A DNA stretch of 40,954 bases. Origin: Conidiobolus incongruus B7586 (taxonomy: Eukaryota). The notes under the pieces are model-generated. The model did not search any database. It was not told the origin of the DNA and saw only the letters and a list, made by a program, of their open reading frames with translations. The position numbers and the translations under genes are program-made. Shown here one piece after another: positions 1-13,332 of the stretch (position 1 is the stretch's first letter; every line of letters begins with the position of its first letter). The stretch spans positions 1 through 40,954 of the forward strand of contig JNEM01013676.1 in assembly GCA_000697335.1 (NCBI GenBank), given 5' to 3'.

Positions 1-380
1 TCCTTTAACAAGAAATTTAAATTAACTCTAGGAGTATATTTAAGAAGCTTAAAATAATATTAATTTTGTTTAATATAAGAAGTTAATTAACTTTATACCT
101 TATAAACTTAAAAAGGTTAAAAAACAAAAGTTAGATATACTAGATATTAATTTTTCTATTATTATTAAAACCTACAAATTTATAACTTATTTTAAATATA
201 CTTTTAGTTTTAATATATCAATTAATAATTAATTAAATTTAACTCTATATATTATATTATAAATAAAAAATATATATTAAATAAATAGTTTAATATAAGT
301 TTATTTAAATTAAAGTTAATTAAGATATTAATAGAAATATTTATATTTTTAATTTTATGTCTCATTTTTATAAGTTAGTG
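1..380 (+). mobile_element. 3' end and right TIR of a hypermutated Tc1-like transposon (same family as 38700-40272), truncated by the window edge
   Basis: The transposase C-terminus reads NLN*L*EYI*EA*NNINFV*YKKLINFIPYKLKKV...YTRY* (stop 148-150), which reverts to a Tc1 'LWE.IQEAW..I...CKKLIDSMP...GGYT.Y*' end. The TIR runs 167-380 with inner repeat aaaacctacaaatttataacttat and ends ...gttagtg followed by TA (381-382). Confidence 0.85.
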
Positions 381-3300
381 TATAGTTAAAATAATACAAT
401 ATATATTAGAAAAATGATTGTATTTTTTGAAATAGATTTTTAGTTTTTAATAACTTAATAGCATTTGATAGTTGAGTGGTTTTTATAGGATATAAAGTAG
501 ATTGAGATGGCTATTAATATATTGATAATAGAATGGATTTTATTACATTTATACTAATTGGACTATTTAAATATATTATTAGTATATAGATCATTATTAT
601 TTTATAAAACAAAAATATTTATCAAATTAATTCATATTATAATTTATTATTAGCAAAGTTAGGATTCATTTTATTTCTTTATTTTATTTTAATGAAATTG
701 CAATATATTTAGATATTTCCAATTACCAAATATATTAGTGTCTATTTTGAAATATAATATACAGATTTAAATCTGAACTGGAGATTATATATTTATGATA
801 AATTAGGTAATAACCATCATTATGAATAATTATCATTTTGCTTAATAGTATATATCAATTCTAATAATATTTTATCGATAAATTTCAATATATTCATATA
901 TAATATTATTTAGCTTTTTATAAACATAAAATACCAAATTATAAAATTAATATCAATTCCATTACTCTAAAATATAAACCAGAAATTTTTAATAATTTTT
1001 TAAAATATTTTACAAATTTGAACAAAATTTAATATAAATTATTTTATATATATTATTAATAACTTTTATTATACCATTGCTAATCAGATAAATATCAAAC
1101 TTTAATGGATAAAATATTTTACTTGATTTTAGTGATATAATTGACCATAAAACTATGTAATACTGGTTTTCTTTTATATAATATCACAATGATTTATTGA
1201 GATATTTTGGTAATATTAATAAATATTAAATTTAATATAAATATATTTAAATACAGATAGTTATAAAATTTCTTTAAAAGTTTAATAAAATTTATATTTT
1301 ATATTTTATTTAATTTTGATAATTTTGAAAAATAAAAAAAAGCTTATATATAGTAAATTAGGATTAAATATAAAATTCAGCTATTAATAATCTTACAAAA
1401 AAAATTTAATTTTCTATATTTATTTTTTGATATATTAATAATTAGTTGTCTAAATTTTATTTTCAAAAATATATTTATATATGATAATTTAATATTTAAT
1501 TTATACTTGATAGTTTATTATATTAAAAATTATTTAAATATATCTAAAAACAATATTTAATTAAATATATCTTTTTAATATATTTTAGTAAAAAAAGATA
1601 ATCAATTTATTTAGTTTTTGTATTTAAGGTAAAATAAATAGTAGTTTTTATTTATTACCTTTATATTTCTTTATTAATAATAGATATAATGAAATTGATA
1701 TTAATATTGATTTATAATATTATATATTAAAATTATATAGCCTTTAGTTATTAAAATATCATTATGGAATAAGTTATAATAATTTTTTATAATTTGTTTT
1801 CAAATAATACTTAATTAAAATTTAAGATTTAATTTCAGTTATAAAATATATAATAATAACTATTGACATAATATTATTATTTTGATATATTATCAATATT
1901 TACATATATAATAATATAATTTAGATAAGGTTTTATTAAAATATCTCTTTTATTAGTCAGGTATTACTAATATAATATTAAGGATTGAAATGACTCATTT
2001 TTTTGAAAAATTTAAGTAATATATATAATATATAATTATCAAAATAATATAAATTATTGTTAATAACTCCATTATATCCATATATTTAATTTTATCAATA
2101 AAAATATTATCATTGACCTTTTTGAAATATTGTTTATTAATATAAATTATATAAATATTAAAATAAATCTATAATAGTTTTGAAGTTTTAATATATATAT
2201 TATCAAGAAATATATCTAAGGATTTTGATAGCTATATATAATAATAAATTCTTGAATTTTATTTAAACACAAAGTTTTAATTAAAAATTAAATAATATAA
2301 GTAATATCCTAAATAAAATCAATGAAACTTTAGTTATTATTATTATTTAAATTTATAATTTTTATATCTATTAAAAATTCAATATTATTAAATTTATTTT
2401 TTTTCAATTATTTTTGAATATTCAATTTTATAATATTAACTATTTATAAGAAAACAATATTTAATTAATATAAAAATAAAAAATTAAATTAAAAAATATA
2501 AAATCAAGAACTATTAAATCCAATTTGCTTATTAAATTTAAATATTCAATTAATAATATTATATAATAAATATTTTATAAATATATATCTTATATATCTT
2601 GATAGTTTGATGTATAGTTCTCCCTAGTAAAGATTATTTGATTTTCTCTAAATATAAAAAAATCTAATTAAAAAAATAAATAAAATAATGATTAAATAAA
2701 TCATATCATATAAATTGATCATTATTGATAACTTCTAAATTTATCAAATATATTATTATTCTAAAAATTTCATTGATAGTTTATTTTAAAAATTATTGAA
2801 AAATATTTAATATATTATAATATTCTATATTTATAATTTTAAAATAAAGGATTATTGATAAATACAATGGATTAGATTTAATCTTTTTTATTAATATTAT
2901 ATAACCAAATCATTGAAATATACCTATAAAAATATTAAAGACATAACCTTATAATAATAAATCATTTAATTTAAAATTAAGAGTCATTTATAAATTATTA
3001 AAAATATATTATATATTTCTAGAAGTATAGGAATTTATTATAAATTCTATATTTTTTATTTTATATTATTAGAGAATTTCAGCTTTTTCTTGTGATATTC
3101 TATACTAAGTTTCTAATAATATAAATATAACAATTTATTCAATTAAATTAGGTATAATATATTTTTGAAAATATATTTAAATAAATCAGTTTAATTAGAT
3201 TCAAACAACAACCTTTATTTAACGAATAATTTTTCATACACTAATATATTATACATATTATTATCAGTAAATAATATTATATTTTTACCAATCTGGTCGA

Positions 3301-4789
3301 ACTCTATTTCCAAGTTGATCAAAAAATACTTTCAAAATATAAAATATAATGTATAATATTTGAATAAATTCTTAATAGATGCTCAGATAGATAATTAATT
3401 TCAAATTCAATAAAAAAAATAATTTTACTATTAAGGATATAATATAAATTAAAATATTCAATTAAATTTATTAAATATAGTTATTAAAGAAATTTTAAAA
3501 ACCAATCTATATAATTATATATTAAAATAAACAATAAATTCAAACCTAATAAGTATTAGGTATATTTTATTATTTTGAATATAAAATAAAATTTTAAAAA
3601 ATAATATAATTGATATTAAATGAAAGATAATTTAATAGTATACTTTAATTTTTTAATAATTTAATATGTTTATTGATTTAAGGACTTAATATGTATAAAT
3701 CAAATAGATTTTGAGTTAAAATTAATATAATAAAATAAAAATATCAAAATTTTTATATTATACAATTTGCGGAATTTCTTCAAATCTGCGCTCTCCTTGG
3801 TGATTATGTCCAGGGGGTTGGGCTATAATCAATTGAACAAACCAAAATGCAAAGGTTAAAATATATTGAATACTCATTTTTCAGAATAGGATAATTTGTG
3901 GAAAGAACCCTTATTCAAATGTTAGAATTTCAGTTATTTATATACTGTTTTGAGTTGAATAGATTCACTTTGATTTAATTTGACTGAGAACTATTTCAAG
4001 TCAGTTTAACTTGAAAATTATCATTTTAACAATCTCGGTATAATTTTTTAATATTGAAAAGATATAAATTACGAATTGTTACATTTTTGATTTTTAAATT
4101 AGTGTATAATTAATCACAGAGTATTTCAATAAATATGTGTTTATCCAAGAATGTATCATATATTTTTTATTAACAAGAGTTATGTTTTTGAATTTCATGA
4201 TGTTTGATTTTATCAATTTGTAATTGGTAAATACTCTTGATTAAAATTATACACATATAGCTAAAATTAATTCTAATCCATTATAAAACAAATTTATAAT
4301 TTTATTAAATTATAAATTATTAGAGAGAAAATTAAAGTATTTATGCCAATGAATTATGAAAGAATTCTTATACCTACATTATTAAAAGAATTTAAGATAA
4401 ACCAAATATATATAACTTATTTTTCAATATACATCCATCAAGACACTATAGTTGAAAATATTAACTAAACACATTAAATTTATTTTTCTTGATTCACACC
4501 GACCATTTTAGTAATTAATTATAGTTTTAAATAGATGATGATTGTTATATTAATTATTCCTAGTTATATCAAAGAACTAATCATTTTTATTACAAAGTTT
4601 TTGACATTTAAAATTTAGATTTAATTGGCATCAGAATTAATTATGTTTTTAATATTTAAAAGCTATTAAGTCAGTTTAAAGAAAATGGGATAAAATTAAT
4701 AATTCTACATGCCTATTGTATATTATAGATAATAAATAGGTTGGCACTAAATGAATAAATTGAAACTTAAATAATAGATTTATGTTAAT

Positions 4790-5360
4790 ATTGAATGCTG
4801 GCCTTAATAAACACTATTTAATACAGTTTTAATCCTAATATTTTTTTAATTTTCATAACATTGTTTTTTTCTAGTTATAATTTTATAAATATAATTTGAT
4901 ACCTTTTGTAACAAATTTATTGTACAATGAATATTGTCAAATTTTATCTATTTTAAAAAAATTATAATTCTTACTCGTTAATAAATTTCTACCAATAAGG
5001 TAACAGGATTTATTGTTTCAAAATTTCTCAATTATATTGACCATTTTGAATATCAAATGCTATAATAAGGGAATAAATACATATTTAAGAATTTAGAGTT
5101 GCTTTTGCTGCAAATAATATTTGTTATATTTATTATAAAGTAGAGAATATAAAAAGTTGTTTAAAATAGCACATGAGTAATATTAAAATAAATTAATTGC
5201 CCTATCATTGAAAACTGTTATTCGTTATTTTCAGGAAGTATAACTTTTAAAAAACTGTGTAAAACTACATCAATATGTTTGTATCAGTAATATTAATTTT
5301 AAATCAATATGATTATTTAATCTGAATGAGTATTTTATGGATTCAATCAGGTCTACTGTT
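4790..5360 (-). mobile_element. Possible highly decayed non-LTR retrotransposon RT relic
   Basis: Weak ordered echoes of RT motifs on the minus strand: SRPD*I (GPDGI-like, about 5340-5357), NDRAINL (NYRPISL-like, about 5190-5210), IIAFDI (about 5050-5070) and SVY*G (GV.QG-like, about 4800-4815). Many stops and frame changes; spacing is imperfect. Confidence 0.25.
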
Positions 5361-7119
5361 AATTGTGCAATATAATATATATTATCCGACTTTGGAAAAA
5401 TCACATTTAAATTTTTGAATCAGTAATTGATTTTTATTTCATTAATATATTTATAAGATTGTAAACCTAAATACTGAACCAAAAGACTGTTGTAAATAAA
5501 ATGTAATAAAATAAAATATATAATACTCAGTCATTCATATATTTTTAAATCAAATAATCTTCATCAGATCATTTGAAATATTAATACTTTTTCGTATTAA
5601 TTATCTTAAATTAAAATTTCAACCTTGGAAATGCAATATTTATACTGTAAATCAAAAATTCAATCAAAAACCATATAATAAATAATATTTATTACATTGT
5701 ATTTAATACATACTATCAAGTAGTCATTAATCTTTCAATTATATGAGCATATTATTGTTTAAATTATTATTACTTATAAATTGATCTTTTGTAAATATCA
5801 TTATTTAAGATAAACTTAGAAACTTTGGACTGAATCATCAAGTTAGATTATTTTTCTAGTCATTTAATATGAACTATTTAATCTTGGAAGATAATATATT
5901 TAATTAAACCTGCTTTATATTATTACAACTTAATTTCATTTATAATTTAAAGACTCATTTAGCATGTATGTTATACTAAAGTCTGTTATTTATATGTATA
6001 AATCTTTTATTTTTTTAAGATATTAATTATCATATAATGATTAATCAAATTATATTATTTATTATCAAAGAATCAGTTAATAATACTATATTATATCAAG
6101 TTTAAAATTGAATATTTACCATATTATTTAACCAAAAATCTGAAGACTATTCCTGGAACATTTATTGATTCTCAGCATATCTATTATTATTTAATTAAGG
6201 CTTAGGATAAACTTTCATTTAAAAAAAATATTTAGATATTATTATATATTATTTATTAAATTTGAAAATATAAGAATAAATATACTATTGATTCCTTTAA
6301 TCAAATATTAACAATTATAACTATGTTTTTACCCTTAGATTATAAGTAATAATAAGTATTATATCAAATAATTTTAAATATTGCTTTAGAGCTGGAAAAA
6401 TTAAAACCATATTAATTGGAGATAAATTCAATCTTTGCTTTGTCAGTGATATTAAATAGTTTTTTAATTAATGGGAAAATACTATGTAACCTAAAAAAGC
6501 AAATTTACTTTATAAAAAGATTTTTAATATATTAATAAAAAATTTAAATAATAATTTTATTATTTTAAAATAGATATATATGGATATAGAAAGATTTAAA
6601 ATAATAAATTAATGTTCTATCACAAACAATATATCTTGTTATATGAATTATTATAAACATATAAAAATTATCTGAAATATTATTAAAGCCTCTAAAAATA
6701 TATTATAAATAATTTAAGTTTTTTAAATTTATTTAAAGTTTATATATCATAACTAAAATATTGAAAAATATATTTTAACAAAGATTTTTTAAATTAATTT
6801 TATTAAAATTTATTTAAATATTAAGCTTAATAAATAATAAAATTATATATTAAGATATAACCTAATTAATATATCTATGATGATAATCACCTAAAATCAT
6901 TAAGAAAAATGATAAAAGGTCTAAGAAAATCATATTTATTTAACTCTCAAATACACGGAATTTTTAATATAATACTTTAAATCAACAAAGTAATCTAATA
7001 ATCAAGGTTAAAACATAGTTAAAAGATGATATTTTGAAAACTAAAAAAAGGAAAAACTATATGTTCTGATGTAAATTATTTTTCAAATTAATATTATTAA
7101 TGTCAAGGCCAAATAAATA

Positions 7120-7505
7120 TAAGCTGATCTTTGATTTAAAAAGCCATAAATAATATTCCTCTAGAGTATTAAATAGATGAAAAGCTATTAAAACTGTTCA
7201 GATCTTATATCCAAATCTAATCTTAATTCTAAGTCCCAAAACCTCACAAAGGAAGGTTAATATTTATTAGAAAATATAAAACACTATATAATCCTAAAGG
7301 AAGTGGTTTATGGTTATAATCAATTTTTTCGTTTACTATGTATGGAAGTTTTAGAACTGATTCTACATTATCTAATAAATATTGTTTCTGATAATAAAAA
7401 TATATTTCGTTTATTATTGTTGGTTTTACAATATTCAGCAGGAAATATTTCTTAAGGATGGTTGAATATTAATATACATAGCTACAATGGCTTGGAATTT
7501 GGAAT
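7120..7505 (+). mobile_element. Possible highly decayed non-LTR retrotransposon RT relic
   Basis: Ordered echoes with frame changes: LIFDLK (about 7124-7141), PKGSGL (PQGS.L-like, from 7293), ttgttt-ctgataat (LFADD-like, about 7382-7395) and WLGIW (7488-7502). Confidence 0.3.
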
Positions 7506-8273
7506 ATTTATTAAATTTATATCAATTGCTATTTCGATATCAAGTCACTTTCTCTTTTGTTAAATGTTTAAAATTTAATCATTACCTTGAAACATGAATT
7601 CTTTTTATCATTATCAAAGTTCAACTTGTTAAGTGAATTGGCAGTAAATTAACATTGTAAAGCGAATGAAAAATTCCTTGTCATACCATGATATACTTAA
7701 TATCAAGAATGGATAGATTCTATATTTTATAATAAAATGGTCAACCAACATTGATTTTATATTATTGGCATAGATATAAAATAATAAGATTGTACTCATA
7801 ATTAATGCTGAAAGATGAAAATATGCTATATCGTCAATTATTAAAATTATTCTATAATTAAAAGTTATAAAATCATAAAGCCGGAAATTAATGAATAGTT
7901 AATTTTAAATACAAAAATCCGAAGTCTTTGGTTAAGATACTAATATAATAATATAATATTAATTCAAATACTTGAAGTTATCTTGAATAAGGTAAAAACA
8001 AAATCAAATTTGATTAAATATAAACTTTGAAAGAAGACTAAAGTTGTTGAAATATTTTAAAAAATTTGAAATGCTGTACAACTGAGGTAATAGTAATTGA
8101 TATTTCAATTATAGATATTAGTATATGATAACTCGAATTTTGTAGGATATTAATTTTTACAAAAGGTAAGAAAATAATATGAATATTATAATTTACCCAA
8201 ATCCTTTGATATTAAACAAATAGTTATTAGATTATAGAAATAATGTAGAAAAGCAAAAACTGTCACAAGATTA

Positions 8274-9375
8274 TTAATACATTTGAGGTTTGGGGTTACT
8301 GTTTCCACCTTGGTTGCCTTGGTTACCTCCTCCATAGCCTCCTTGACTACCTTGTGAGCTATAACCTTGGTTGCCACCACCATAGCCACCTTGGTTACCA
8401 CCTTGGGAGCTGTAACCTTGGTTGCCACCACCATAACCTCCTTGATTACCTCCTCCGTAGCCTCCTTGACCACCTTGTGAGTTATATCCTTGATTGGCAC
8501 CACCATAACCTCCTTGGTTACCACCTTGGGAGCTGTAACCTTGGTTGCCACCACCATAACCTCCTTGACCGCCTTGTGAGCTGTAACCTTGGTTACCACC
8601 GCCATAACCTCCCTGGCCACCTTGATTGCTACCACCATAACCTCCTTGACCGCCTTGGTTGCCACCACCGTAACCACCTTGATTACCTCCTCCGTAGCCT
8701 CCTTGACCACCTTGTGAGTTATATCCTTGGTTCCCACCACCATAACCTCCTTGATTACCTCCTCCGTAGCTTCCTTGACCACCTTGGCTACCTTGAGAGC
8801 CATATCCTTGATTACTGCCTCCGTAGCTGCTTTGGTTACCACTTCCATAACTACCTTGGCCTCCTTGGGAGCCGTAATTGCCACCACCTCCACCTATAAT
8901 AGAAATAAAAATGAATATGAAAAACAAATATTAAATTCGAAGTTGAATAAAGCTAAAAAATAATTGAAGAGAGAATTAGGACTAAAAATTTACCTTGTTG
9001 ACCAAGTTGGCCACTCATCATTTGAGCAGCTTGAGCCATAAGACCAGCAGTTTGAGCGTTATTACCGCCACCAGCAAGTTTGGCAACTTCAGCCATAGCT
9101 AATCCAATAAGGGCGTTGTTATTTTTGCCACCACCGCTGCCGCCACTACCACCACCTCCCATCATGCCCATAACGCTGTTGACGGCCATACTGACAAGTG
9201 GGTTGGAGGAGCCGCCGCTGCCTCCTCCCATGCCACCACTGCTGCTGCTACCACCACCTCCACCAGATAACATCTTGAAGGCGTCACTGAGGAGACCACG
9301 ATCGACACCAGCTTCATGAGCGTGTTTCTTAGCTTCATCCTGATCGAAAGAATCTGTATAACTTCTATTAGCCAT
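8274..9375 (-). CDS. 333-aa Gly/Gln/Asn/Tyr-rich prion-like repeat protein with a short helical N-terminal domain (resembles fungal 'beta-flanking' proteins)
   Basis: Two exons, 9375-8994 and 8893-8274, joined by a 100-nt GT-AG intron (8993-8894) that keeps frame (…GQQ G|GGGGNY…). The N-terminus has DQDEAKKHAHEAG and LIGLAMAEVAKL; the C-terminus is (GGYGGGNQ / GYxSQGG[QN]Q?)n. Confidence 0.9.
8310..8880 (-). repeat. Coding tandem repeat: 24-bp units (GGYGGGNQ, GYxSQGGQ) in higher-order blocks
   Basis: Recurrent ccaccaccataacctccttg and ccttgtgag(c/t)t(g/a)ta units on the + strand. Confidence 0.9.
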
Positions 9376-10141
9376 TCTAATTATTAATTTAATTGACTTA
9401 GACTAATGATTTAATACAAAAATACTTAATGCAAGTGAATACTTTTGTATTTATATAATTTCAGTGGATGGTGTGATGTCATACCAATCAGAAATTTCAC
9501 ATTGGTTTCAGTTGATTAATTCATAGTTTAATTTAATCAAATTATTAATTATTTGAAAATGATTTAATAGAATACAAGTGAAAATAATGGATTTGCATAG
9601 TTTGAACCAATTTTAAACAATATCTAGATTCCATATATTTTTAAATTGAATAATTTTATTTATGATCTAGCCTTTTTTATACTGATAAAACTTTCAAAAA
9701 AAATATTCGAAATTTAGTAATTTTATTTAGTTGAATTGAATGATTTGATATAGTTGATTAGTTTAATTTTATATTTCAAAATAATGGATAATCAAAGAGT
9801 ATTGAAACAAAGTTTAATCAATTGATTTTGAGGTTTGAAATTTTGCCTACATTTTACCAACATAGCAATTATTAATTAATTGATTAACCTTGTAAATATT
9901 GATTAAATTTTATACCATAATTTATTGACATTCATTAGATTATTTTATTTAATGATCTGATAGATGTAGTATATGTCTATGATATATTAATTCTGTTAAT
10001 TGTAGAGTATTTAAAATATTTAAAATGAATTTATTAATTAAATAACTTTGATACAAAAAATAGATTAAAATATTATTTAAAATGATTCTGTGAATTATAA
10101 TAAATCTTTAGTCTAAAGTAAATATTAAACTGAATTACTTG

Positions 10142-11678
10142 TTAAGATTGTTCATTGGTTGATGAAGTAAATATTGGCTTGATAAAAACATTCCAATTAT
10201 TAGTCCAATCGGTAAAGTGACGGGGTTTGATTTTATCTGGATGTAATTGCTCACCATATCCTACAATATTCTAAAAACAGAATAAATATAAAGTAAAATA
10301 AAAAATGTTACTAAATATATACCTTTAAATGAGAGTAAAGTTTTTTAGAGTCGCTAAACTTGTAATTGGCTTGGGAATCTGGAGTGACTAATTCGTCCAA
10401 ACAGTTGAAATTGAGTGCGAGTACTGGTAAACTACAAGCTAACATATCGACAACTTTCATTGGAAGATCTAGACCAGATGAACTAGTATGGAACGATAAA
10501 CCGTAATCCACAGATCCCAATAATTTGGAATAGTGGTCATAACTCAACCAAGCAGTTTTCACAGTTGAATATTGAATCCCTGCACTTTCAAATAATTCTT
10601 CATAATGCCCCTTAAGAGGTCCCTTCCCTGTAATAATAATGACCAAGTGCTGAGGACTGGGTTGAGAGTTTTGATAATCATCATATTGTTTAAGAGCTTC
10701 CAAAAGAATTGAAAAATCTTCGTCAATGGTCCAACTGGTGGAACTGACTAGAATTTTGGGGCGATTTTGTCTATATTGAGTTTTTTGGTCTTGATTCAGT
10801 TGTGTAATTAAAGTTTGATTATCATCGCTTTCATATCCAAGTTTACGAGATACTGCTTTGATACTGGGGTGCTCCTTCTCCAATTCGAGCCAGAATGAGT
10901 GAATTTCGTCGAGTGAAAGTCTTCTAAAATGTTTAGGAGGTTGATCATATAAGACAATGATTTGGCCACTATACATTGATGAGATAATGTCATAATATAG
11001 AGATTATATGTCACTTACTAAACCTGAATTTCTTCCAATAGAAATTTCTTCATTTCTTCAGATACACATAAATGATAATCAGCAAATTTGCCAAATTTAA
11101 ATTCATACCTAATTTAATATAATAATTATTGAATAGATATTAATTTATATGTTAAATAGATATTACCATTTAGCAATTCTGACCAACCTATTCCTCTCTC
11201 CAAGATTGATAGCCATTATAGAATATCCCAAATTATGCCAATCAATGACCAGTTTCACGCCTCGTAACCAACCAACAATCTTTGTAATTAACAGAGTTGG
11301 AACGGCTGGTGGATTTTGTAATAGAAAGTAATCGCATTGGGGTAATGTTAACAATACAAAAAATAAATACAGCGCAAGCCAGAGTGCTTTGAAGGGAGCG
11401 TACAATAAATACAAGAATTTAGGAAGATCCGGAGGTAGTGAAGAAGCTGGTTGAACGTAGTGAAAGTTGACATTCTCCGATGAGGTTAGAGACTCGAGAG
11501 GGGGACTACCTAATACAATTTATTAAGTTTTAAATTGAGGTAATTACGATTGGGACTTACCTTTATAACCTACAAGTTCTACATCAAACCCAAGACTAGA
11601 TAATGATTGTGCGTGATATTGCATCCTTGGAGATCTCCCAATATCACCCAATACTATAACTCCTACTCGTTTTGTCAT
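10142..11678 (-). CDS. ALG1: Chitobiosyldiphosphodolichol beta-mannosyltransferase (5 exons)
   Basis: The spliced product has [48 protein letters not shown] and [14 protein letters not shown]. All four GT-AG introns were checked and keep frame; stop at 10142-10144. Confidence 0.95.
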
Positions 11679-11766
11679 ATTTATTATTTTTGATTATTCA
11701 GGTGTGTAAACTTGATCTTATGACTCCATATTTGATAATTTATAGATAATGATGATCAAACATAAT

Positions 11767-11775
11767 TTATGGGAT
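11767..11775 (-). promoter_or_regulatory. ATCCCATAA upstream element (ALG1)
   Basis: Perfect 9-mer in sense orientation about 89 bp upstream of ATG 11678; recurs at six other promoters. Confidence 0.75.
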
Positions 11776-12199
11776 TGTTTAAATTCCTATTCAATTTCTC
11801 TATCAAATTAAAACTTTGTATTATTTATTATATCAAAAAGATTAGATTATATTAAATTTGATAAATATTGATACAAAATTAAGCATCCTTTTTAAAAGAT
11901 CATTTAATGATTAATAATTTCATTATTGATATAGTAATAGATTTAATCTTATGGTCGTTTAAAAATTATATATTCCTCAAATTTGGCTTTTTATATTTCA
12001 AAATTTCAATTAAGAATAATTAATCAGTCACAATGTTAGAAATAAAAGTAACAAATTGAAAGTCACTCTATTAAAAATTAATAATTGTTTGAAGGATGTT
12101 TATAATCAGCCACAAATTATAAATAATTACTGATGAAATTCAGAAAAAACTGTCGGCTATAAAAAAATTTTATAGAATTTTAAAATTTTATATTTTATA

Positions 12200-12770
12200 A
12201 ATCAACTCTATTGATGCAGAGAACCAGTACCCAATCCAGCCTTAACAAATACAAATTTCATATGAAGTCTAACAATATATCCAAATGAAATCATTGAATA
12301 GATAGAACAATTCTAAATATTAATTTTAACTCACAATGAATTTTCAAAATTATTCTAACATTCTATAGTTCAATAAAGTTCAGTTAAGTTAAAATTAATA
12401 AAAGTGTATCAAATATTGAAACAGGTTGAATGAAACTAAATTTTAAAAAATTATAATATAAATATGAATTCAATAATCACAATTCTTATACTTTTTCAAA
12501 TAATCAATTATAATTGATATTTTGGTAATAGTAATATATTTTAATCCATTAATTTAATTGGAAATGCGTTATAATAATTTAATTTGCTGGTTTATTTATT
12601 TGGTTGGATTTGGCGAAATTCAAGCACTTCAAAGAGGTCATTTGGGGGAAACGAAAATGGATTGGGATCCTTTAGAGGAGTCACCATATTTTGTTCAAAA
12701 CTATTGATTCCTGATTTTATTTCTTATGTTGAATAAATTGACTAACTGGCATAATATTCAAAAAAAGGTA
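12200..12770 (-). pseudogene. Probable decayed gene relic of unknown identity
   Basis: Coding-like GC-richer patches broken by stops: MVTPLKDPNPFSFPPNDLFEVLEFRQIQPNK*TSKLNYYNAFPIKLMD* and RLHMKFVFVKAGLGTGSLHQ*. Confidence 0.3.
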
Positions 12771-13231
12771 TTAACTTTTGTTTATAATATTTTATTAATT
12801 TTATTCAAATATAAATGGATTTTAATAAAATAATAAATTTTGTAAATTTGGATTTGTTCATCTTTATTAGAATTTCATATTATTAAAACAAAATTTCATA
12901 ACCATAGATAACTAATAAAATACTATATAAAATTATCATATTATAATACTATTATAAGCCATAAAGGAAAAACATTTAACTAGTCTAAGAGGCTATTAAT
13001 TCATATTGAAATTAGATTAAAATATATTTATTTACAATTATCATTTTATAATTCATTATAAAGGATAAGATATATTAGATTTAATAAATGATGTTTTATA
13101 GTCAAATTATGATTAGTATATAAACGTGATTAAGAAATTGATAAATATACTTGATACACTGTAAACGAATCGAACGAATAATCAAATTAATTTTTAATAT
13201 TTACAACATATTTAATCATTTTTAAATTTGA

Positions 13232-13240
13232 ATCCCATAA
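13232..13240 (+). promoter_or_regulatory. ATCCCATAA upstream element (PCC1)
   Basis: Perfect 9-mer in sense orientation about 93 bp upstream of ATG 13333. Confidence 0.75.
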
Positions 13241-13332
13241 AATTAAATTTTAGTAATTTCATTTTAAATTATGTTAATCAGTATTAAATTCTAAAATAAT
13301 TTTATTAATAAAAAATTGAATAAATAATTATA

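Noticed and set aside
2590..2640. Minus-strand GELYIKLSR, resembling the Pif1/Helitron GQLYVALSR motif
   Set aside because: The expected upstream TIHKSQG motif is absent, so it is probably chance.
3788..3831. HDV-like ribozyme reading of the pseudoknot
   Set aside because: No room for P3/L3 or P4 on either strand.
8310..8880. CRISPR-like periodic repeats
   Set aside because: Eukaryotic coding repeats with unit lengths in multiples of three, no unique spacers and no cas genes.
8186..9319. ORF-track entries 8186..8893, 8354..8899, 8727..8963 and 9080..9319
   Set aside because: Shadow frames of the GC-rich repeat gene; only the spliced G/Q/N/Y frame has a start, an intron and a coherent composition.
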